The notes below the pieces were generated by a model that made no database searches, was not told where the DNA came from, and was given only the letters and a program-made list of their open reading frames with translations. From Pecten maximus (lineage: Eukaryota), in NCBI RefSeq assembly GCF_902652985.1, contig NC_047030.1, positions 5,084,001 through 5,148,000 on the forward strand: a stretch of 64,000 bases of DNA, in the 5' to 3' direction. The position numbers were made by a program, and so were the translations under genes. Within the stretch, counting starts at the first letter, position 1; every line of letters begins with the position of its first letter. This document shows positions 47,801 to 57,868 of this stretch, piece after piece.

Positions 47801-50800
47801 TTGGACAAGCAAAATTGGTGGCAAATAATAATTTCTGTCTGTCGGTATATAATTAGACTGACTAAATATTGTATTGGGGAATCCGGAACCGAGAGCTCAA
47901 CTGATGATATATGTTATGAAGTATTGGGTAGATACACAAGTGTGTTGTGTACATCACTCACTTATTATTTCTGCTGGGATCACAGTTTTATTGCTTCCTA
48001 AGGCTTATTTCCTGTCGATTTTATAATGAACACAAATAGTGCATACTGTTGAGCTAATACAAAGCAAACCCATTGGCAAACCTCTCCTGTGACTGCTAAT
48101 ATAGAAAATGATGAAGAGTTCTGATTCAAGCAAACCTGTTATGACACAAGCAGGGCCATGTGAATGTGTATAACTCGATCTAGCTAGATCTATATAGAAC
48201 TTTAACATATTAAATATCATATCTTTGTTTATGATTATTGTAATTACAATTTCCATATACGTGTATTATATATATTTATAACATATAAATAGATTGCTTT
48301 TTCGCAAATTTTCAAATGAAATAAAAACTAGTAGCAGGAAATTTTAGCGGGGCTTTAATTTGGCGATTTGGCGGGTCCGCATATAAATCGCCAAAATTTA
48401 ACCCGTCAAATTTGAACACCGTCAATTAAAAAGACACAATAATTTCAATTTCGCCAATAGTTTCCGTTCCGACCGCAATTTACCTTTGATAACTCCCGAG
48501 AGTAACGACTGGTGCATAACGTTGGTTGTTGCCTGGCAACTGTCGGCCAAAATGCTGATAGGTACAAATAGCTAGTGAACAACTACTCACGATACATGTA
48601 TAGCAATATGCAAGAACTGATGTTAACACTTTACCTGTAGACTCATTGTTAAACTTACATGTATGTATACACAATAGATGACCACTGCAATATCATACGG
48701 TTGATTAAATTTCTCTTTGTCTTTTGCTTGTACACATACTCATATAAACACTAATTTGACAAATCTACATGTATGTGTTCACCTGAAATTTTTGGGTAAT
48801 AGTTTCCGGTTTCGAGACAGAGGATCGATAATACACAACACACTTAATCAACATTGATCGGAGGTATGGACATAACATAATTATCTATATACACCGGTAG
48901 GTAATATATATGCTCAACGCCAAATTAAAACCCTAGATTTAAGGGAAATCGCTAAATTTTAACCCGCCAAAATTTAACTTTCAGTTTTCATGACCAAATC
49001 GCCAAATTTTATGACTGCTAAAATTTCCCGATATACGGTAGCTCAAAAGTTCATATTGGACATGATAGAAAGGTAAGGGAGATCATAACTCAATCTACCT
49101 TGTACACATTCCTTCAGGAAGAGATCATGTGGCAATCAACAAGGTAAACTATAAGCCTGAACAGAGATTAACTGATTTTTTGTCTAAGAAGTCAGTAATC
49201 TGCCAGAGGTATGGAGATCATCATATTTAGTGAGAAAGGTTTGAAGCAGTCTGTTAAGACATTGCTCTGTTGGCAGTACCTCTAGTTTCTGAACAGTGTA
49301 CCCAACTCTTAATACATTTCCTCTAGTTTCTGGACAGTGTAAATAGTTACCCAACTCTTAATACATTTGCTCTAGTTTCTGGACAGTGTAAATAGTTACC
49401 CAACTCTTAAGACATTTGCCTCTAGTTTCTGGACAGTGTAAATAGTTACCCAACTCTTAAGACATTTGCTCTAGTTTCTGGACAGTGTAAATAGTTACCC
49501 AACTCTTAAGACATTTCCTCTAGTTTCTGGACAGTGTAAATAGTTACCCAACTCTTAAGACATTTCCTCTAGTTTCTGGACAGTGTAAATAGTTACCCAA
49601 CTCTTAAGACATTTCCTCTAGTTTCTGGACAGTGTAAATAGTTACCCAACTCTTAAGACATTTCCTCTAGTTTCTGGACAGTGTAAATAGTTACCCAACT
49701 CTTAAGACATTTCCTCTAGTTTCTGGACAGTGTAAATAGTTACCCAACTCTTAAGACATTTCCTCTAGTTTCTGGACAGTGTAAATAGTTACCCAGCCCT
49801 TAAGACATTTCCTCTAGTTTCTGGACAGTGTAAATAGTTACCCAACTCTTAAGACATTTCCTCTAGTTTCTGGACAGTGTAAATAGTTACCCAGCCCTTA
49901 AGACATTTCCTCTAGTTTCTGGACAGTGTAAATAGTTACCCAGCTCTTAAGACATTTCCTCTAGTTTCTGGACAGTGTAAATAGTTACCCAACTCTTAAG
50001 ACATTTCCTCTAGTTTCTGAACAATGTTAATAGTTACCCAACTCTTAAGACATTTGCTCTAGTTTCTGGACAGTGTAAATAGTTACCCAACTCTTAAGAC
50101 ATTTCCTCTAGTGTCTGAACAATGTTAATAGTTACCCAACTCTTAAGACATTTCCTCTAGTTTCTGGACAGTGTAAATAGTTACCCAACTCTTAATACAT
50201 TTCCTCTAGTTTCTGGACAGTGTAAATAGTTACCCAACTCTTAAGACATTTCCTCTAGTTTCTGGACAGTGTAAATAGTTACCCAACTCTTAAGACATTT
50301 CCTCTAGTTTCTGGACAGTGTAAATAGTTACCCAAATCTTAAGACATTTCCTCTAGTTTCTGGACAGTGTAAATAGTTACCCAACTCTTAAGACATTTCC
50401 TCTAGTTTCTGAACAATGTAAATAGTTACCCAGCTCTTAAGACATTGCTCTATTAGCAGCCCCCTGGTTTCTTGACTGCACATGTATATAGTTATACTGT
50501 AACAGCTCTTTAAACTTTACTCTGTTAATTTGGCAGTACCTCTAGTTTCTCACTGTATATTGTTACACAGCTCAAGATGTCTCTGTTGGCAGCCCCTCTA
50601 GGTTCTGGACAGCTGTGAGTTGTAATGGCGTTGTAGATGTTTGATATTTCCTTCTCATTTCATTTGTTTCAGGTACCATTATTAGAGAAAGGAGACATTA
50701 TCATCGACGGAGGGAATTCAGAATACACTGACACAAATGTAAGGTCATAGAGGTCAAACATTTATAGTAATATTAATTAACTTACTCTCAAAGATATCCA

Positions 50801-53800
50801 ATTATAAGGTTCATCCTACTAGGTAAATATTTCCAAATACCATACTGTTGTCATGAAACAGATTTGATCAGTTTTTAAGGATACATTTGTATTTATTCTA
50901 TAGATGAGAAACTGACATTTAATGCTTTTTTCAGGCATTCTCAATAGTATTACATGTATATTACCATTCCATTTACAACTTATTGTATATATTACTTGAA
51001 ATTTATCTATTATATGAAGATGCTTACACAAATGGTTATTAGTCATCATCTGTTTCATTTAAGTATATATACTACTCATTGTTAATGGCACGTAATATCT
51101 CTGAAATCTACTAAAAAAATGAAAAAAAAATGAGAAAAATTACCCCTCAGATGTTATATTATACATTTTTGTATATGATTAAAATTACATTTAGTCATGT
51201 GATTCATGATGGAGTCTACTATCTGTAAATTACAATAACAAAGTAGTCCTGATTTGTTTTTACAAGGTAGGTAAATTATTGTTTGTGTTTGTAGAGGAGA
51301 TGTAAGTCTCTGGCTGAAAAGGGCCTGTTATTTGTGGGGAGTGGGGTGAGTGGAGGAGAGGACGGAGCCAGATATGGACCTTCTCTCATGCCCGGAGGAG
51401 CACCTGAAGCATGGTAACCAAATATATAATTATATAGTTCTGTTGATGTTTAGGTCACCTGAAGCATGGTAACCAAATATATAATTAAACTGTATATAGT
51501 TCTGTTGATGTTTAGGTCACCTGAAGCATGGTAACCAAATATATAATTATATAGTTCTGTTGATGTTTAGGTCACCTGAAGCATGGTAACATATATATAA
51601 TTATATAGTTCTGTTGATGTTTAGGTCACCTGAAGCATGGTAACATATATATAATTATATAGTTCTGTTGATGTTTAGGTCACCTGAAGCATGGTAACCA
51701 AATATATAATTATATAGTTCTGTTGATGTTTAGGTCACCTGAAGCATGGTAACATATATATAATTATATAGTTCTGTTGATGTTTAGGTCACCTGAAGCA
51801 TGGTAACATATATATAATTATATAGTTCTGTTGATGTTAGGTCACCTGAAGCATGATATATGGTAACATATATAATTATATAGTTCTGTTGATGTTTAGG
51901 TCACCTGAAGCATGGTAACATATATATAATTAGATAGTTCTGTTGATGTTAAGGTCACCTGAAGCATGGTAACATATATAATTTTTTCATTGAAAAATAA
52001 AGAGCAGCTTAAAAAAATATTAATTTAGATTATACACTCAGTTTGTCGAAAGGTCAACAAACACATTTTCCTTAGGCTTGGGAATTTGAGTATGCACCAT
52101 CTCCCCAATTGAAATTCCAAGTTAGCATGTGTTGATCATTAAGACACATTTGTTTCAAAACTACATATTAGATTGAGTGTTGGTGATGTATTTGCAAATG
52201 TTTTTTAATTAATAAAGAATATAGTATGAAGTCTATGGTAATACATTGGTGTTATTTACAGGCCACATATCAAGAATATTTTCCAGTCTATCGCTGCCAA
52301 ATCTGGAAATGAGCCATGTTGTGATTGGGTGAGTTTAAAATCTATATCTTCTCCACAACACAATGGTTTATGTGACTGTGTGGTATTATGGACGTGTATT
52401 TCATGGGCTTTTCTACAAATATCAGTTATATTAATGAAACCTGTCAATAGACATTTTCCTATTTAACACAACATCTATAAATAGCTGGATGGCAAATGTG
52501 TACTATTTTCTGATCAGTGGATGGGGGTAAATATTACATTTTTAGATGAAACTTTATTCATAATTACATAGTCATGGTGATCTCTGCTTTAAATCCACAC
52601 TTAAAATAAAGGAAGAGTGTGAATGTTTTATTTACTGTGTAACAGGTGGGAAGTGAGGGCGCCGGACACTTTGTAAAAATGGTCCACAATGGTATTGAGT
52701 ACGGAGACATGCAACTCATCTGTGAGGCTTACAATGTGATGAAGGATGGACTTGGTATGAACCAGCTGGAGATGGCCGATGTGAGTACCACAGCTATGTT
52801 TTAGTATCAAAAAGAATTTGTCTTATCTTTGCTTTAACTTCATTGACAAAGTTTAATAACAATATGTAAACATTTTATTCAGTGGGCTTTGGTGTCAAGG
52901 TCAATGACAAGTTCACTCTTACTATTTATAGAAAATCTTCGTCAGCACTCTTGCTGTGTCTAGTAACTTCATCTGTTAACAAATTTTGATAAATCTTCAC
53001 AAATTGGTCAAGAAGGAGATTACCTAGAATGTGTTTTTCAGGGTACCAAGGTGAAGGACAAGGTCACTGTTACTATTTATAGAAGGTATTTTCAGTGTGT
53101 ATACTCAACATGTGAGGGGATTTGTATCCTCTAAGTTTAGATATGTTTCTGTTGACAGGTTTTTGAAGATTGGAATAAAACTGAACTGGATTCCTTTCTC
53201 ATTGAAATCACCAGGGATATCCTCCGTTTCAAGAATGAGGATGGCAGTTTCTTGTTGGAACAGATCCGAGACACAGCAGGACAGGTATATTTTACTTTGG
53301 CCAGGATGACTACTGGTTTTCTAAAACAATTGCTGTGAGTTTTCTACTCTGTACACACATTGAGAATATTCCTAGTAGATATATCGTTTTTCTTCTGATT
53401 TCTCCTTTAAAAGACATTCGTATAAGTTGCAGGCCTTTGTAAAATCAAGAACATTTTGAATCGTACAATACTGTCTTAAATAAATTGTTGCTTGGGATTA
53501 CATTTTGTATATAAAGGACTTAGTTCAAAGATCAAGGTCACTTACTATACATGTACATAGAAAATTGGTTTAATTATGTATGATATAACCTCTTTTTTTT
53601 TCTTTTTTTTTTCAGAAAGGAACAGGAAAATGGACAGCTATATCGGCACTAGAATATGGTGTTCCAGTGTCTCTTATAGGTAATTTGATTTGATATTTCA
53701 TAGCTTCATGGAGTTCAAAAAGGAGGATATTTTTCTTGATTTTAAGGGGAATAAAAATATGCTATAATATTGTCTATAAAACATATACAGTCATGTACAT

Positions 53801-56800
53801 TTGATTACCTATAAATAAATAATCTTATTTATTAATTCGATATATTGTCCATGAACCTCTATGGTATCCCAGTTGTAAATTGTATTAGTTGTAAATGTCT
53901 ACAATAAGTTTTTTTTTTTTTTTTGTATGTGATGTAAGTGTAAAACTATCTTGTCATAAATGATGATATAAATGACACTATTGATTCACTCTAGGTGAAG
54001 CTGTCTTTGCACGATGTCTGTCTGCCCTTCAGAAAGAGAGAATTGAAGCCAGTAAACATATCCAGGGACCAGAGAAAACTAAATACGATGGTGACAAGAA
54101 GGCATTAGTTAAAGATCTCAAACTGGTATGTTGCTACAAGTAATGAGTTTGTATGATTTGTTAAACGTTAATTAATGGTCAATGGTTGTGTTTTTTGATC
54201 GGTATTAACAATATTAATGGTCAATGGTTGTGTTGTTTAATACATCATTAATGGTCGATGGTTGTGTTGTTTAATACATCATTAATGGTCGATGGTTGTG
54301 TTGTTTAATACATCATTAATGGTCGATGGTTGTGTTGTTTGATACATCATTAATGGTCGATGGTTGTGTTGTTTGATACATCATTAATGGTCGATGGTTG
54401 TGTTGTTTGATACATCATTAATGGTCGATGGTTGTGTTGTTTGATACATCATTAATGGTCGATGGTTGTGTTGTTTGATACATCATTAATGGTCGATGGT
54501 TGTGTTGTTTGATACATAATTAATGGTCGATGGTTGTGTTGTTTAATACATCATTAATGGTCGATGGTTGTGTTGTTTAATACATCATTAATGGTCGATG
54601 GTTGTGTTGTTTGATACATAATTAATGGTCGATGGTTGTGTTTAATACATCATTAATGGTCGATGGTTGTGTTGTTTAATACATCATTAATGGTCGATGG
54701 TTGTGTTGTTTAATACATCATTAATGGTCGATGGTTGTGTTGTTTGATACATAATTAATGGTCGATGGTTGTGTTTAATACATCATTAATGGTCGATGGT
54801 TGTGTTGTTTAATACATCATTAATGGTCGATGGTTGTGTTGTTTGATACATAATTAATGGTCGATGGTTGTGTTGTTTAATACATCATTAATGGTCGATG
54901 GTTGTGTTGTTTAATACATCATTAATGGTCGATGGTTGTGTTGTTTGATACATAATTAATGGTCGATGGTTGTGTTTAAAACATCATTAATGGTCGATGG
55001 TTGTGTTGTTTAATACATCATTAATGGTCGATGGTTGTGTTGTTTAATACATCATTAATGGTCGATGGTTGTGTTGTTTAATACATCATTAATGGCCGAT
55101 GGTTGGGTTGATCGATCAGTAATTTATGGCTGATGCATTGGTTGTTCCATCATCAATTAATGGCAGACAAATGTTAGTATGGCGTCAATGAGGAGACCAA
55201 TTTTATCAACCCAGGATCATTAGTTTGATAGTTATACCTGACACTGTACCTGTTACAATTATTATATTTTCCGTTATTTTGTTACAGATTGTTTTCTTGT
55301 TTTCTGACCATGAAGGTTATTCGCTAACAGTTTTGTTTATATATAACATATAATGTTAAGTCATGTTTTCCTCCAGGCACTGTAAAGTTATATATCATGT
55401 TTTCCTTCAGGCACTGTATGCCTCCAAGATTGTCTCCTATGCCCAAGGGTTTATGTTGATGAGGGAGGCAGGGGCTGAACTGAAATGGGATCTGAACTTC
55501 GGTGGTATTGCCTTGATGTGGCGAGGAGGTTGCATCATCCGAAGGTTTGTAAACTTTGATAGATATTTCTGTCAAATATGAATATGGTCATAATTTCTAA
55601 CCATAGTTAATTTCGAGTTTTATTTTGACACAAATACCTGAAATAACATAACTTAAATGTACACTGTACCTGGAGGGATGAAGCCTGTTTTATCATAAAA
55701 TGTACCTCGACCACTGGAGCCCGTTTTATATCTTATTTTGTGTATAACTATTGGTTCAGATGATTCATTAAAACTTAGTACATGCATTGTTTTTCGTTTT
55801 TGTTGTCATCCTCCTGTAGGCCAATTTATATACTGTAAATCACTTATATTTCGCGAGTACTTAATTTCGCGATCTCACCTCATTCGACTTATTCGCGAAT
55901 ATATAATTTCGCGAATTCTGATCTCAAAATGACTTTAAATTTTAGGTAGGCGATATTTCAAGGTGGAGAGTGAAGTGAGTTGTTTTCAATGTAAATAAAG
56001 CTATCACTTCCGTTCATATATAGTGTTTTGTGATATAAATTTACACTCTGATATATGTATATAATTTATCATTCTATTCTTACTTTAACGACGATGTCTG
56101 TTCACCATCTAAAGATTACAGTATATTCAAAATGGACGCCACTTATTCTTGTCATTCTTATATAAATATTCGCGAGGGATTTGAATTCGCGTTTGACTCT
56201 CCTCGCGAATTAACGCGAAAATAAATCCCACACGAAATATAAGCGATTTACAGTAGTACCGGTAACCAACACACTACATCCTGATTACAGATCAGTAACA
56301 AGTGCTGCCAAACACTAATTCATTGTCCTGCAATAAGTCTGCAAACCGCCAACCCCACAACCCACAACCCACCACAAAATGAGTTGAAGGCTTGACTTAA
56401 AATTTCAAGATAAAAATAGTGTGCAATACACATCAATCTATATATACATGTACGACTGTAGTTGATTTTCATTCATTTAGTGTTTTCAATTGAAATGTGA
56501 AATAGCTTGACAAAAAATATATGTTTCAAGAAACTGTATTTGATTTCAGCCGTTTCCTTGGTAAAATAAAGGAGGCCTTCGACAAAAATTCCAAGCTGAG
56601 TAATCTCTTGTTAGATGACTACTTTAAGGCAGAGATACAGAAATGCCAGGCGGCGTGGCGAAGGGTTGTGTCTACCGCTGTCTTACTGGGAATCCCAACA
56701 CCAGCCTTCAGTACAGCTCTCGCTTTCTTTGACGGCTACCGTTCAGCCAGACTTCCTGCCAACTTGTTACAGGTAAATAGTTTGATAATGTGAAATTTAT

Positions 56801-57868
56801 ACATCTAATCAAATACCTGTTCTTAATAGACAGGTGTTTGATTAGACAGGTTCAGTTTGAAACACTTAGACCTGTTCTAAGAAGCAGTTCATAGAATTGG
56901 AAAATTCTGTTCATAGTGTTGTTTTTAACAGAAATGTGATGGATTACTCAGGTTTGATTTAAATGGAGATGTGAATAGAGCGATTTTTATGAAGACCCAA
57001 TTTAAAAAGGCTTCTCATGACAAAATTTGATATATTTCATGTGTTAATTAAGACTTCTGGTGTTCAAATTAATCATTAATAAATTCACTCTTTTGTTTCC
57101 TTCTATTGATAATCACTTCCAATCATCCAGAAAACTTATGATAAATAGCTTAGAATCAGGAATAAATGTTTTATTGTATACATGTAAAATACGAACAAAG
57201 ATGTTCTTATTATCTTACAAAATCATGCTTTTACATCGTTTTTGAAGGATAAGGGGAAGCAACTCCAGGTATTTTCAATGTCACAACTGAAAGTTACCAA
57301 ATTTAAGATAACAGTAAATGTGAATCAAATTGTATATGTACTGAATATGCTATAAATGATTGAATTATTTATCTTAGTAAAATATTCTGCTATTTTTTTG
57401 TCAAATTAAGACACTATTCTAGATATAACTCGGTTAGTTTGGTTTAAACCGTCATTTTACAGTAGTGATGTTAAAAGCATTCTTGGTCTACATCTACGTT
57501 TTTATACCAAATCAGATTTACTTATACTGTTATAACTGACTTCTATTGTTATAACTGACTTATACTGTTATAACTGACTGTTATAACTGACTTCTATTGT
57601 TATAACTGACTTATATTGTTATAACTGACTTATATTGTTATAACTGACTTATATTGTTATAACTGACTTATATTGTTATAACTGACTTATACTGTTATAA
57701 CTGACTTCTATTGTTATAACTGACTTATATTGTTATAACACATTTCAGGCACAGAGGGACTACTTTGGAGCACACACGTACGAACTACTGGACAACCCGG
57801 GTAAATTTATCCACACAAACTGGACAGGACATGGAGGGAAAGTTTCGTCCAGTACATATGATGCTTAA
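29849..57868 (+). CDS. PGD: 6-phosphogluconate dehydrogenase, decarboxylating, 484 aa
   Basis: Exons 29849-29862, 35994-36069, 41803-41982 (or duplicate 46619-46798), 50673-50738, 51295-51413, 52262-52328, 52646-52780, 53159-53284, 53616-53679, 53995-54125, 55411-55544, 56550-56772, 57749-57868; 1455 nt, in frame. Motifs [94 protein letters not shown]. Confidence 0.97.
31775..31831 (+). pseudogene. Degenerate 5S rRNA-like fragment (5S pseudogene or SINE3-type head)
   Basis: accgaagttaagcaacattgagcaaggtca..cttggatgggtgacagc resembles the 5S internal control region (GAAGTTAAGC..GTACTTGGATGGGTGACCG); the rest of 5S is not recognisable. Confidence 0.5.
32678..36027 (+). repeat. 45-bp minisatellite (~74 units) derived from the PGD intron1/exon2 junction
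   Basis: Unit tgttgtag|gggagatatgattggactggctgtaatgttgtgtcta. The last unit is the real exon-2 start (gggagatatAGCGTTgattggactggctgtaatggga). Confidence 0.97.
37190..37690. repeat. Inverted array of the ~130-bp dispersed satellite family
   Basis: Reverse complement of the 21840-23000 units (gatattgggccagtagcatg, tttgttcaaat..tgaccttga). Confidence 0.6.
40840..41120 (+). mobile_element. tRNA-derived SINE, CORE-like
   Basis: tRNA-like head (tctcagttggt..ggttcgacac), CORE-like gtgtcctaaggtaagaaaattta, and a 3' tail gaccctggctgtt..caaacaaa. Confidence 0.5.
41180..41377 (-). mobile_element. tRNA-derived V-domain SINE
   Basis: Minus strand: A box tggccgagtgg, B box gttcgaaac, V-domain ttctccgggtactccggctttcctccac, tail gacccttggctgttaataggacgttaaacaaaaacaaac. 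A truncated duplicate lies at 44870-45004. Confidence 0.8.
42028..42882. mobile_element. Helentron/HINE-like element (duplicate at ~46843-47697)
   Basis: Starts ctcaagtgacctattct..tttgtctgtc, has internal ~290-bp repeats (gggcaaaaaggggtcaaattgact), and ends ctcaggtgaa..aggccattgggcc hairpin. Confidence 0.55.
43465..44245. mobile_element. MITE with aaatcgccaaa subterminal repeats (duplicate at ~48331-49040)
   Basis: Left tagcgggaaattt..tttggcgatttggcg is inverted relative to right aaatcgccaaatttt..aaatttcccgatatacggta. Confidence 0.6.
44540..44847. repeat. 49-bp minisatellite, short copy (~6 units)
   Basis: Unit ctctagtttctggacagtgtaaatagttacccaactcttaagacatttc; truncated at the duplication junction. 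Confidence 0.9.
45397..46564. mobile_element. Non-autonomous Kolobok-type DNA transposon, 1168 bp, long TIRs
   Basis: TTAA TSD (45393-45396, 46565-46568); termini agctgacagtgcaagttaaaaag / ctttttaacttgcactgtcagct; ~160-bp imperfect TIRs; empty site atttcTTAAttatc in duplicate copy A (~41766). Confidence 0.88.
46619..46798 (+). CDS. PGD: Second intact copy of PGD exon 3
   Basis: Same 60 codons and the same AG/GT sites as 41803-41982; differs only at GCT GTG versus GCC GTC (synonymous). Confidence 0.8.
49280..50455. repeat. 49-bp minisatellite (~24 units)
   Basis: Same unit as 44540-44847; diverged units continue to ~50612, near the exon-4 acceptor. Confidence 0.95.
51400..51982 (+). repeat. 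54-55-bp minisatellite derived from the PGD exon5/intron5 junction (10 extra units)
   Basis: Unit cacctgaagcatg|gtaaccaaatatataattatatagttctgttgatgtttaggt; the first unit is the real exon end and donor. Confidence 0.95.
54171..55110. repeat. 34-bp minisatellite (~28 units)
   Basis: Unit attaatggtcgatggttgtgttgtttaatacatc with 30-bp variants; begins 45 nt after the exon-10 donor. Confidence 0.95.
55833..56253. mobile_element. TA-flanked MITE (ctgtaaatc...gatttacag)
   Basis: ta|ctgtaaatcacttatatttcgcgag ... cacgaaatataagcgatttacag|ta, with repeated ttcgcga subterminal motifs. Confidence 0.8.
57522..57738 (+). repeat. 19-bp tandem repeat (~11 units) abutting the last PGD acceptor
   Basis: Unit ttatattgttataactgac; ends 10 nt before the AG at 57747-57748. 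Confidence 0.9.

Larger units (their letters stand above)
41243..49600 (+). repeat. Tandem segmental duplication containing PGD exon 3 (copy A 41243-44847; copy B from 44870)
   Basis: Near-identical ~3.6-kb blocks; the ORF track also shows paired ORFs. Junction filler at 44848-44869. Confidence 0.92.

Noticed and set aside
32678-57738. CRISPR-like appearance of the regular arrays
   Set aside because: Units are contiguous with no unique spacers, there are no cas genes, and the context is eukaryotic introns.
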